Shown here: positions 13,967-26,400 of the stretch, piece by piece | Layout: each line of letters opens with the position of its first letter | Numbering within the stretch: the first letter of the stretch is position 1 | Origin: Eledone cirrhosa | Taxonomy: Eukaryota | Direction: 5' to 3' | Assembly (NCBI GenBank): GCA_964016885.1 | Contig: OZ024748.1 | Span: forward strand, 8,308,001-8,372,000 | DNA length: 64,000 nucleotides | The notes under the pieces: model-generated | What the model was told of the DNA's origin: nothing | Seen by the model: the letters and a program-made list of their open reading frames with translations, nothing else | Database searches by the model: none | Position numbers and translations under genes: made by a program

Positions 13967-14949
13967 ACAAGGGCTGAAACACCCCACCTGCCGAATAAGA
14001 TAGGGAAAACCCCACTTATATAGGTAGATGTACCTCTTTTCTTTTCCTCTATGTTTTCTTCTTCCCTTTGTCACCTCCTATTACTTCTTTCCACCACCGA
14101 CCTTCTTCCTCGTTCGTTTCTTTGTTTTTTTCCCTTTCGCCTACCCCGAGGCAGCCCATCGGGCCTTTTTAGTCTCAGTACCCCCACCCCAGTAACGTAT
14201 AGATAGCATTGGCCGATTACGCTATACTAACTATTCATAGCAGCTGTGTTAGACCCCAGAGATGTTGTATTAATTTTTAATACCCAATTCTAAAATTTCA
14301 ATAATTCTCATCTAGCAACTCATTCTATAGCATTGGCCGACATAGCAGAACCAACTAAATATAGCAGCTGTGTTAGACTCCTTAGTTGTTGTTTTATTTC
14401 ACTTCTCACTTTCCAATCTTACATTCTGATATATCTTTCTCTCATTTTTTATTATATTTTTTCATTGTCTCCTAATCTCATTTGATTTAGCAATTCTATA
14501 ACGTCCCTCCTCTATTTTCCCAAGAAACCTTTTTCCGCCTACCTCCTCTGGCCTACTTTCATACACATTCCTTAGAATTTGCCGTGTAGATTTCACCTTC
14601 AACGCTTGACCGGCTCTACCCACTCCCCTATCGTTCTACAGGCAAGTTAAGCCACCCCACCCCGCACCCACTGCCATGATAGACTTTTCTGTGTCTGCTA
14701 CAAATTTTGACCAATCCTCTTGACAACTACAATCTTCCCATATAAGGAAGTACGCCTTGAAAAGTTCGGCTATTTATTTACCAGACTAAAAAAAACTCTT
14801 ACTTTAGTCCAGAAATTGCCGTCGAAACGGCTTGAGCTCTGCCGTCGGGGTTATACTTTCTCCTATATATATACATACATACAAACATATATATATATAC
14901 ATATACCTACCCAGACCGCAATTGAGAAATGTAGACTTTAAGCATTAAA

Positions 14950-15200
14950 TTAAACTATGGATTGACAAAAGGTTCCTACAAGGAATGTGCCAGTTGTTCG
15001 GCCAACGGAACAACCTGTAAGTGACTGAGCATTCCACAGACACGTGTACCCATAAGGTAATTCTCAGGGAGATTCAGTGTGACTCGGTCTGTGACAAGGT
15101 TGGTCTTTTGACTCACAGATATAACACCTTGTTGCCAGCTGAGTGAAGTGGAGCAAGATGACAAAGTGTCTTACTCAAGGAAACAATGCGCTGCCAGAGA
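14950..15200. mobile_element. Probable SINE-like interspersed repeat
   Basis: Minus strand CCTTGAGTAAGACACTTTG...CACTCAGCTGGCAAC, resembling a SINE central domain; not verified. Confidence 0.4.
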
Positions 15201-15356
15201 TCACAGAACTTTCTAGCCACAAAGCCACAGACATTCGCATTGTTAAAGGAAGGATAACTTTTCTGTTTCTGTATATTATACCGTTGTGATGCGGAAATTA
15301 CAGTTGAACAACATACCCTGACAGGCAAACACAAAGGTACCACATCTATTGTTAGT

Positions 15357-15602
15357 CTAGGGCGGGTAAAATTCCCGAGATCCATGGATGAGTTCTCTCC
15401 AGCGGTCTCTGTCCCTCATAATCGCTGCCATGTCCTGCATCTCCAAGAGACCAGTGTCTGTCCTTAGGACATCAACATATGTTAACCTCGGTCTCCCTCT
15501 TCTACTGTGTCCATGCAGGGGCTCCCACAGGAGCACTGAGTGCAGTGTCAACTCTGGATGTCGGTGAGCATGTCCAGCTAACCTCAGTCTCCTCTGTGCC
15601 AC
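15357..15602 (-). mobile_element. 5'-truncated RTE-like LINE 3' fragment
   Basis: QRRLRLAGHAHRH...VLLWEP...RRGRPRLTYVDVL...MRDRDRWR is the typical C-terminus of RTE-group ORFs. Confidence 0.75.
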
Positions 15603-15790
15603 TCTTGAGCTGACTATAGTTAGGTAAAAACAACAATACCACTTCTATTGATAGTATACCATTTTTTGACATTATTTCTCTTACCAGTTTCATTAACAGA
15701 GTATCTTGGCTACAGAACTCTATAAAATGGAACATCATGTTTTGAAACTTCATCAGTTATTCAGAAATGCTGATTGTGGTGTAAAAGTTG

Positions 15791-16192
15791 ACAAAATACA
15801 GCACAAGATTACTTGCACATAGCTCTGTATTCTGTACAAAATACAGCACAAGATTACTTGCACATAGCTCTGTATTCTGTACAAAATACAGCACATGATT
15901 ACTTGCACATAGTTCTGTATTCTGTACAAAATACAGCACAAGATTACTTGCACATAGCTCTGTATTCTGTACAAAATACAGCACAAGATTACTTGCACAT
16001 AGTTCTGTATTCTGTACAAAATACTGCACAAGATTACTTGCACATAGCTCTGTATTCTGTACAAAATACAGCACAAGATTACTTGCACATAGCTCTGTAT
16101 TCTGTACAAAATACAGCACAAGATTACTTGCACGTAGCTCTGTATTCTGTACAAAATACTGCACAAGATTACTTGCACATGGCTCTGTATTC
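15791..16192. repeat. 45-bp minisatellite, ~9 copies
   Basis: ACAAAATACAGCACAAGATTACTTGCACATAGCTCTGTATTCTGT. Confidence 0.95.
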
Positions 16193-16329
16193 TTTACACA
16201 AACATGTTCACAATATCAAAGAACATCTTTATTTTTTCTGTCTCGGTTATCAACTATTTCTTAAAAACAAAGATTGAACAATGAGTTTCTCAATATAGTA
16301 ATGATATTTTCATTTAGAGAATTAAATGT

Positions 16330-16492
16330 AACATGTGTTACTTAACTTTTATAGAGAGAAAGGAATGCTACATGTTATAACGTTTACAGAGAGAAAGGAA
16401 TACTACATGTGTTACTTAACTTTTATAGAGAGGAAGGAATGCTACATGTAGAACATTTTATAGAGAGGAAGAAATGCTACATGTAGAAACAT
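16330..16492. repeat. Imperfect ~35-40 bp tandem repeat, ~4 copies
   Basis: TTTTATAGAGAG(A/G)AAGGAATGCTACATGT recurs. Confidence 0.7.
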
Positions 16493-16606
16493 GTAAAAAA
16501 AAAGAATAATAAACGCGAAATAAAAGAAATAGTAAAATAGAGAAGAGGAAGAAACATTTTTGTGGGAGAAAAAACACGTTTTATGTTAGCCATTTTGAAG
16601 ATATTT

Positions 16607-16806
16607 ATGTGTGTGTATGTGTGCGTGTGTGTGTATGTGTTTGTGTGTGTGTGTGTACGTGTGTGTATGTGTTTGTGTGTACGTGTGTGTGTATATGTTT
16701 GTGTGTGTGTTTGAGTCTGTGTGAGTATGCGTTTGTGTGTGTGTGTTTGAGTGTGTGTGAGTATGCGTTTGTGTGTGTGAGTGTGTGTATGTGTGTGTGT
16801 ATGTGT
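16607..16806. repeat. Imperfect (TG)n microsatellite
   Basis: Direct inspection. Confidence 0.9.
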
Positions 16807-17200
16807 AATAAAAGTTTAACTAATTCATAGATCAAGAGTTCAATCCAAGGTAATTATTTGTTGTGATGTTTAATCTCGCTGTCGAGAATTGGACTAATTT
16901 CTTCCGGAGGGAACTTTCCTGCGATGGACATCTCGAATCAATGTTTAAAATGTCTATCATTTTTATCTAATGGCAAACACAAACAAACAACAAAGAAAAC
17001 CAACAGTTTGTTCATATTCTGGCGATTTCTATACCCTAAGTGCTTATATTTCTGTTCATTCAGGCACAAACCCTGAAATACGCAATTTGACATTAAAATA
17101 TTTACCAGAGTAAAATCAATAGAAGATTCTTAATAGATACAGAAGCTAGTTGGTAAATTAGAAAATAAAGCAGAAAATAGCAACTTAGATGAATTTTGAT

Positions 17201-17202
<2 letters not shown>

Positions 17203-17253
<51 letters not shown>

Positions 17254-17268
17254 ATCTATTTGTATATA

Positions 17269-17307
<39 letters not shown>

Positions 17308-17799
17308 ATATACATGTATGCATATATAGATATGTATGTATATATATGTATGTATATATTTATATGTATGTATGTATATATATATATATATGTGTATATA
17401 TATGTATATGTGTATATATATATGCATATATATATGAATATATCTATATATATGTGTGTATATATGTGAATATATATATGTGTATATGTGTGTGTATATA
17501 TATATGTGTATATGTATATATATGTGTATATGTATGTGTATATGTATGTGTATATGTATGTGTATATGCATATATATATATGTATATATATGTATATACA
17601 TATGTATATATGTATGTATGTATATATATACATATATATATGCATAAATGTATATATGTATGTATATGTATATGTATATATGTATGCATATTATATATGT
17701 ATGTATATATGTATGTATATATATATGTATATACATATGTATATATATGTGAATATATATACACACACGCACACACATACACGCACACACACACATACC

Positions 17800-17845
<46 letters not shown>
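17203..17845. repeat. (TA)n/(TATG)n compound microsatellite
   Basis: Direct inspection. Confidence 0.9.
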
Positions 17846-17846
<1 letters not shown>

Positions 17847-18354
17847 ACAGTTTGTAAAGCTAAGAGAAAATGAAATTTTATCCGAAAATAATAGCTATGT
17901 GAATTTAAGCGAAGACACATTTTAAAAGCCTCATATTTTCAACTTTTGCTCTGAAGCCCTGCAGCGGAAAGAAATGCTAAAGAATTAAAAATCAACGTGT
18001 GTTGGGCGGAGTATTACAGTATTACAGACGACTAGCAAGAATACAACCTCTTTGAAAAGATGCCAGAGAAAATAATTTAAAAAAGTCTTTGAAAAATATT
18101 AAAGATGGAAAAGTTTTAAAGCAATAAATGAAAAAGAATTCTCCCCTTCCTAGTCCCCAAAAAGCTCAAGAAATAACTATGATATAATAAAAAATGTCAG
18201 GGGTGAGCATCAAAGAGGAGGAAGCAGTGTGTAGCTGCTTATGTTAGATTGAAATAATATAAATAAGGGTGACACTTTTGTCAGAAATTACCTAATTTTA
18301 ATACATACACTCACACGGATAAATACATGTACATGTACACACATAAATACTGTG

Positions 18355-18630
<276 letters not shown>

Positions 18631-18932
18631 AAAGTGCTTGTACGTTTCCTATTATGATTCTTTTCAAAATTAGATACGGAAAGATCGAGAAAAATTTAAT
18701 GTGAGTGAGTAAAATATAGTCTTTTTATAAAGTTATTATTGGAAAATTAAAAAGAAAGAAGGAAAAGAAGACAAGAGAACGGTATTAAAATGGAAGCTAA
18801 ATCTCCAAATAAAAAATTTAAAACGTTTCTATACGAAGTAGCAGAAATGAATGATAAATCTAGGGGAGAGAGAAAGAGAGAGAAGGGCTGGGAGAAAGAA
18901 AGATAGGGGAGAGAGGGTGTGGGTGAGAAATA

Positions 18933-19008
<76 letters not shown>
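18933..19008. repeat. (GA)n microsatellite
   Basis: Direct inspection. Confidence 0.95.
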
Positions 19009-19011
<3 letters not shown>

Positions 19012-19048
19012 AAAAGGGGAGGTAAAAACTGGCAAGAAGAAAACTAAA

Positions 19049-19071
19049 CGGAAGTAGGAAAAAATGGCGGC
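19049..19071 (+). promoter_or_regulatory. Promoter-like motif pair: ETS-like CGGAAGT and YY1-like AAAATGGCGGC downstream of (GA)n
   Basis: Motif matches by eye only. Confidence 0.3.
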
Positions 19072-19911
19072 TTCGTTGAGAGACGATGATTAGGAATTTG
19101 TGAAAAGTTGCCTTTTATCCTCGACTAATTTTTTTTTTGTACATTCTCCTATGTATGAACATTAAAGCTAGATGTTAGTGAAGGAGTAATTCATTTTCCC
19201 AACTTATTCAACGAAATTCTTTTCTTGCATCAAAACTTTTCAGTTCTGTCTTGCATCTTTCCACCCCCCCTTATCATTGCAGCTTCCTTCCTTGCAATGT
19301 TTCTATTAAGAGGTGTCAGATTTTATTCTTACTTATTGTTTCTTTCCACTAATATTTTATCTTGATATATTCACCTTGTTCACCCTGACTCATTTATATA
19401 AACCTACCAGCTAAATATATCTAATCACTGTCTCCTTATAACATTTCTCTATTTTGTGACACAGGGAGATAAACTTATTCTAATTATTCCGAGGAGAATT
19501 ATTACAAATATATGTTAACAACCCTTTGTTATGATTCCCCCTCGTTTCAGCATTCATTTCTGATATTTTCCACAGATTAAATAAATCATTTAGAGGAAAG
19601 TTATTAATTATATTAGAAGAAAATATTATGCAAATCTTGAAACTATATATCATTCAACTAGGCATTATTGTATCAAACTATACCTCCAAGAAATATATTG
19701 AACTTATATAATAAATAGTATATATTAAAAAGTGATGCTATTCTTTAGCAGTAAGGTAATTTAATAGATTTGATAGCGATTTATCGATAATGAAATCCAG
19801 TATGATTCATATGTATATGATGACTTTAATATTGGTTTCGATTTACATTAATATAAATTTATTTCTGGTTAACCAGGCAATAATTTGTCTGAATTCCAAG
19901 CCAGATTTTCA

Positions 19912-20320
19912 ATATATAATATAATATAATATAATATAATATAATATAATATAATATAATATAATATATCATAATATAATATATTATATTATAATATAAT
20001 ATAATATATTATAATATAATATAATATATTATATTATAATATAATATAATATATTATATTATATTATAATATATTATATTATACTATAATATATTATAAT
20101 ATAATATAGTATAGTATCGTATAGTATAGTATAATCTAATATAGTATAGTATAATATAATATAATATAGTATAATATAATGTAATATACTATAATATAAT
20201 ATATTATATTATAATATATAGTATAGTATAGTATAGTATAATCTAATATAGTATAGTATAATATATTATAATATAGTATAATATAATGTAATAAAATGTA
20301 ATATAATATAATATAATATA
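19912..20320. repeat. (ATAAT)n/(ATAGT)n pentanucleotide microsatellite
   Basis: Direct inspection. Confidence 0.92.
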
Positions 20321-20499
20321 ATTGTTTCTACTTTTGGCACAAGGCCAGCAATTACCCAGTGCATTACTGGTACTTTATTTTATCGACCCCGTAAGGATGA
20401 AAGGCAAAGTAAACCTCGGCGGGATTTGAACTCAGAATGGCAAGGACCGTAACTCTATGCGCCAAAGCATGGCGTCCGACCCTCTACCGATACTGCCAA
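20317..20499 (-). mobile_element. tRNA-derived SINE with Nin/Deu-like central domain; an extra 3' fragment follows at ~20507-20567
   Basis: Minus strand TGGCAGTATCGG (A box), GAGTTCAAATCC (B box), GCCTTTCATCCTTACGGGGTCGATAAAATAAAGTACCAG, ending CCTTGTGCCAAAAGTAGAAACAATTATT. Confidence 0.75.
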
Positions 20500-20757
20500 T
20501 GTAATATAATTGTTTCTACTTTAGGCACAAGGCCAGCAAATACCCAGTGCATTACTGGTACTTTATAATAGTAATGGTCGTTTAAGGTGTGTAAATAAAT
20601 ATACTTTGTTCTTGTTTTGATACCAAAACCTGTCGATATTTCTCTGTTATATTGAATTTTTTTTTTAGTTCCTCAAAAAAAGAAGCAACAGTTTTTTAAC
20701 CAAAGAACATGATAACGTAATTGCATTTCAAACGGCAACGACTATATAACAATACAT

Positions 20758-21010
20758 GATGAACCTTTGAATTTTATTGTTGGCATAGCCGATGGCTTAA
20801 GACGGTCGCTTGACTAAACGTCAACGACTGTAGAAAAAATGTGATGAACCTTTGAATTGTATTGCTAATATAACCGCTGGTTTAAGACGGTCGCTTGATA
20901 ATCATTGTGTCTCAGGTTCGGTTCCATTGTGTGTTATATTGAAGAAGTGTCATTTACAATAACCTCGGATCGATAAATGTTTTTGGAGTGAAACGTATTT
21001 GGAAGCCTGT
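20758..21010 (+). mobile_element. Degenerate SINE-like head with a partial local duplication
   Basis: GATGAACCTTTGAATT...TTAAGACGGTCGCTTGA twice, then B-box-like GGTTCGGTTCC. Confidence 0.4.
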
Positions 21011-21126
21011 TGTATAGAGGGGCATCTTTAGGTTGTTCCGTTAATCAAATAACAGGAATTCTACACTCATCGTAGATATAGACGGAAGTCCATTACATTG
21101 CTAGCATTATTGTTCTAATTAAAGGG

Positions 21127-21346
21127 TTGGCAGTATTGGTAGAGCGTCGGACAACATGCTTAGCAGCATAGAGTTATGGCTTTTTACGTTCTGAGTTCAA
21201 ATCCCACCAAAGTTAGCTTTGCCTTTCATCCTTACGTACTGGGGTCGATAAAATAAAGCACCAATCACTGACTGCGGTCGATTTAATTGACTTTCTCTTC
21301 TCATAAAATTGCTGGCCTTGTGCCTAAATCAGAAACCATTATTATT
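21127..21346 (+). mobile_element. tRNA-derived SINE, same family as 20317-20499, with (ATT)3 tail
   Basis: TGGCAGTATTGG, GAGTTCAAATCC, GCCTTTCATCC...GGGGTCGATAAAATAAAG, 3' end CCTTGTGCCTAAATCAGAAACCATTATTATT. Confidence 0.8.
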
Positions 21347-21347
21347 T

Positions 21348-21583
21348 CACAGTAATGTACTGGGTAATTGCTGGCCTTGTGCCTAAAGTAGAAACCATTA
21401 TTATTTCACAGTAATGTACTGGGTAATTGCTGGCCTTGTGCCTAAAGTAGAAACCATTATTATTTCACAGTAATGTACTGGGTAATTGCTGGCCTTGTGC
21501 CTAAAGTAGAAACCATTATTATTTCACAGTAATGTACTGGGTAATTGCTGGCCTTGTGCCTAAAGTAGAAACAATTATTATTT
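21348..21583 (+). repeat. Four tandem 59-bp copies of the SINE 3' end
   Basis: CACAGTAATGTACTGGGTAATTGCTGGCCTTGTGCCTAAAGTAGAAAC(C/A)ATTATTATTT x4. Confidence 0.92.
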
Positions 21584-21733
21584 CAAATCCTGCTGAGGTT
21601 AACTTTGCCTTTCATGCTTTCGGGGTCGATAAAATAAAATACCAGTAACGCACTGTGGTTGATTTAATCGACTTTTCCCTCCCTACCAAAAAATTGCTGG
21701 CCTTGTGCCTAAATCAAAAACCATTATTGTTGT
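21582..21733 (+). mobile_element. 5'-truncated SINE copy starting at the B box
   Basis: TTCAAATCC...GCCTTTCATGCTTTCGGGGTCGATAAAAT...CCTTGTGCCTAAATCAAAAACCATTATT. Confidence 0.75.
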
Positions 21734-22349
21734 AATTAAGGCTGGAATATACTGAAGTCACGTTCTGTCTTAATTTTGTTTGTTGAAGATTCTAAAATAT
21801 TGCTGTAACATTTTGAAATCTAACCAGGTGTTTTTGAAATATAATTTTAATAAAGAAGCTACAACTTGTAAAGCTTTAAACATTTAAAAAAATAAAATAA
21901 CTACTCGCCTCTTTGCTGACTTTGGATGAAATGTTAACAATTGCTGGGCAGCTGACTTCTAGAATACTACATGTTATATGTTATCGTTCGGATGTTAACA
22001 GGCGTCTCTCATGGAAATACTAGTGTTCCCTCATCAATAATATTTTCACATATAGGGCTATTAACATGCAACTTCGACGTCGCATGCGCGATCTGTTTCA
22101 AAAGAGACCTTGAAAATATCTTCCACTGTAAACACAACTTAGTCATTATTACCACCGGGTCACAGCTATTAAACACAACAAAAACGCACACTTTTATATT
22201 AATGAAAAGTATCTACTTGAAGGGTGGTAACTTGATAGAGTAGTTAGAACATAGGATAGAATACCTTGTGGTATTTCTTTCAGCTCTCTGCTTTCTCAGT
22301 TCAATCCCACCGAGGTCAAATTTATTCACTCACACCCAAGTTATATAGT

Positions 22350-23043
22350 AGCACTACACGTCTTTACTATATCACACTACACTACACTGTTAAACACTAC
22401 ACTACACCACACTACACTGTTAAACACAACACTACACCACACTACACTGTTATACACTACACTGTAGTACACTGTAGTGCACTACACTACACCACATTAC
22501 ACTGTTATATACTACACTACGTTACACTACACTACACTAGGCTACACTACACTACACTACACTGTAGTACACTACACTACTTTGTATCACATTACATCAC
22601 ACTACACCACACTACACTGTTATACATTACACTACGCTACATTACGCTACCCTACACTACACTGTTATACACTACACTAAACTGTCATACACTACACTAC
22701 ATTACACTACACTACACTGTAGTATACTACACTACATTGTATTACATCACATCACACTACACTACACTGTAGTACACTACACTACATTGTAATATATTAC
22801 ATCCCACTACACTACACTGTAGTACACTACATTACATTGTATTACATTACATCACACTACACTACACTGTAGTATACTACACTACACTACACTATAGTAC
22901 ACTACACTACACAACACTACATTACACCATAGTACGCTACACTACACTACACTACATCACACTACATTAGACTGTACTACACTACACCACATTTCATGAA
23001 ACTACACACTGCAGTATGCTATACAGCATTACACTACACTACA
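22350..23043. repeat. Imperfect (ACACT)n pentanucleotide repeat
   Basis: ACTACACTAC units with variants. Confidence 0.92.
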
Positions 23044-23155
23044 TGAGGCTCTGGTAAATAACACATGAAATGCTATCGAACCTGGAACTTAATGATTGCG
23101 AAACGTACGATTTAACCATTTCGCGACTGCTGCGTTCATATATAACAGTTAGGTG

Positions 23156-23192
<37 letters not shown>

Positions 23193-23196
23193 TTTC

Positions 23197-23202
23197 TTTA
23201 TT
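23197..23202 (-). terminator. Polyadenylation-signal-like AATAAA just before the (ATT)n tail (present in every copy)
   Basis: Minus strand reads GGTTAATAAAGAAATC(ATT)n. Confidence 0.6.
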
Positions 23203-23452
23203 AACCACAAGGGTTTACATAAAGTAGACATTAAGGACAGTGCAGGACAATGCAGGACGGTACAAATGGGCATTTCTGCGTGTAAAAAAACAAAAACAGA
23301 GGATGTAACAAAAATAACAATGAAAATAACAATGAAAAATTCCCCAATAGGGGGGAGACTTCGGAGGGACATTTGTGGAGAAAGCCCAGTAAAAAGCCAC
23401 AATGACCCTGACCACCAAGGCAAGTGCCCTCTCCCAGTTTTCCACCTTTAGT

Positions 23453-26400
23453 TTACAGATATATACTCAGAGTCGGCCCATTCACTCGGGCCATTCTTGC
23501 TTCTCTCACCCATCTTTCAACAAAATGCTGGGAAGAGAGCACTTCCTTCTCTACTCTGATTTTCCTTTTCAAATGAAATTTGAAAAAGTCAATCAGAGCA
23601 TCACCGAAGAGGTAAGTGCTCGTCTTCAGCCCTTTCAAACGTGTCCACCATACTATCTCTTTCGCCATGGCCACCAGACAGATAAAAACTGCCTGCCCTT
23701 CCCGGCTAAAGGAGGAGGGCGGGGCAATCCTCACGATAGACTCAGATGATAGCTGGATCCGTCCTAAACGCGACAGCAGGTGTTCGACATAAACCCACAA
23801 GTCAGCAATTTTCGGACACTGGACGAGTGCGTGCAGGACGGTTTCGTCGCCCTGCGCGCATCTCGGACATGCCCGGCTGACGGCACCTCCATGCCTGTAG
23901 AGTTTATCCCGAACTGGCAAGGCTCCTCGGTAGCACTGCCAGGCCAGAGATTTCTGGAAGTTGTCCATAGGCCCTGGCCCGAAGGTTCTTCCGAAGAGAT
24001 TGGCTAGTTGATTTTCGTCGACGCCTAGAGTTTCCCCAAGTACGTCGTCGCTCTTCCCCTCCACTAATCCTCTATAGAACGCCGAGGTGGAGTTTCCACC
24101 GATCACATTGCCCGATTGGTCGAGGGCTGTGAGCGCCTGAAGACATTCCAGTCTCCAGGCGCTCCCTCTCGGTCTTCGCTTGACCCAGGACTGCAGCTCC
24201 GTCAAGGAAACGAGCTGGGGAAAAACGCGTCTAGCAAACGGCGACCACACCTGATCACCGTCGAGGAAGAGGTGGAGATGTCGTAGCCTGAGCGCGTGCC
24301 TGCGCATCATCAGCCACGGCATGCCCAGCCCTCCACGTAGCGGGTGTTGACAACAGATGGACCGCCTGACCATCGGAGCACGTCCCTTCCACAAAAAGCG
24401 AAAGAGCAAACGCTCCAGCGCAGTCAGGCGAGGCTTAGGACAAGGTACGACGGTTAGGCGGTAGCAGATGACAGACGCGATGTACGCGTTAGCCACCTCC
24501 GCTCGACCTTTCAGGGATAGCTTCCTCTCCGCCCATTTCTGGGTGAGAGAAGCCACCCTGCTCGTCACCTCGTCCCAGTTTTTGTCCGTCTGGAGGTCCG
24601 GACCGAACCAGACCCCTAGCAATTTAACCGGTCCGTCCGTCCAGCGCCCGACGACGCTGTTGGACGGCATGGACCTGCCTCTCCAGGTGCCGAGCTGCAG
24701 GCCCACTGACTTTTCCTGGTTGATCATTGCTCCTGTCACCGCTTCGTATTCTCTTAGTGTAGTGCCGATCGCCTCGATGTGTTTGGCGTTCGACACCACT
24801 ACGGTGACATCGTCCGCATATGCTGACACGGATCTTCCGCATCCTAGTTCGCGCGGGACTCCCCTCAACGTCTCCAGTTTGTGCAGTAATGGCTCGAGAG
24901 TCAATACGTACAAGAGGGACGAGAGGGGACATCCTTGGCGGACCGAGCGCATGATGTTGAACGGTTCCGACAGGTGACCGTTCACTCTCACCACAGAGCA
25001 GATGTCGCTGTGCATGGCAGCGATCCAGCCTCTGAAGACGGGCCCAAAGCCAGCCGCCCTCAGGACTGCCGCTAGGTAACGATGGTCGACCCTATCGAAA
25101 GCTTTCGACTGATCTAAATTGATCAAGGACCCACCCGTGCCAGGTTCCCTAGCTACCCTCTCTACGATGTATCGCATGAGGTGGAGGTTGTCGTGGATGG
25201 ATCTGTCGGGAATGGCGCATGTCTGCGCCTCTCCCACCAGACCACCAACGACAAGCGCCAACCTCTTTGCTAGCACCTTGGCCAAAATCTTAAACTCTGT
25301 GTTTAGCAGAGTTATGGGCCGGAAATTGTCTATGTTATCCCCCTTGTTCGGATCCTTTCTCAGCAGTGCCACCGCTCCTCGGCTCACAGAACTGGGAATT
25401 CTCCCGTTCTGTTGCCAGTTGCAGTAGACGTCCGCCAAGAGGCCTCCGAACAAGTCTGGCATCTGTACGTAAAGTTCATAGGGCAGACCATCCAAACCAG
25501 GCGATTTACCCCTTGTGCAGCCAGTCATTGCCTCCCTTACTTCAGCGGCTGTTATCGGCTTTTCGCAACACTTCGCCTCAGTGGCCGAGAGCCGCGGCAG
25601 TCCGTCGAGGTAGACACTAAAGTCCATCCCTCTACCCGGCCCCCCGCTGCCCCCGAACAGCTGAGCGAAGTGTCGCTGAAAAGCTTCACACATTTGCCCG
25701 GGATCGAGTAGCATGCGCCCGTCGTGGTCCACCAAAGACCGGATCGTGGCTTTGTTGCCACGACGCGCCTCCGCCACTCGGGCCCATTGAACGGCTTTCG
25801 TCCCCTCGTGTCTGAGAGCACGCACCCTAGCTCTGACAACGCAGCCTTCGTGCTTTGCATTGAAGAATTGGTCAAGGGCCAATTTCGCCGCAAGCACGTC
25901 GGTCGCAATGCCTTTGCTAAGCGCCTCGTCTAATTTTCTAACTAGTTCTCCCTCTGCTCTATTTTTCTCTATTGCTAAAGCCTTACTAAACCTAATCGAT
26001 TCTATTCTAATCGCTCTTTTCAGAGCAAACCACCACTTGTTGTTGACGATGGCCCCCGTCAACGCCCGCTTAACTAGTTCGCTAATCCGGTCTCTGTAGG
26101 CCTTGCGCGCTGGTAAGGACGCGTTTAGCTTCCAGTAGCCGGGTCCTCGTCTATGAAGCCTATCTAAGTCAAGCACACAGATCACGAATTTGTGGTCCGT
26201 GTAGCTGACTATCTTGAATTGTGGACAGCCTATGCTAGACCTATCTATTTCCCTACAAAATACTCTATCTAGATATGATCTGGATGACCCTATGCGGTTT
26301 GTCCAAGTCCACATTGGCACATTCGGGAAATCCAATCGGTACCTGTCAGACAGTTCAAAACGCCTGAGCAGGTTGGTGAGGCTCTTGCACCCTCCACCCC

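Noticed and set aside
15753-16277. Three overlapping ORFs with 15-aa repeats
   Set aside because: By-product of a 45-bp stop-free minisatellite that is open on both strands; no start or splice context.
22266-22772. 168-aa His/Tyr/Thr-rich ORF
   Set aside because: Translation of the (ACACT)n repeat.
23148-23157. TTAGG next to the array's 3' end, suggesting telomeric-repeat targeting
   Set aside because: Single occurrence with no telomeric array; ordinary sequence continues on both sides.
23151-23190. Classical target-site duplication around the array
   Set aside because: Both ends lie in (AAT)n, so a TSD cannot be distinguished from tail or target.
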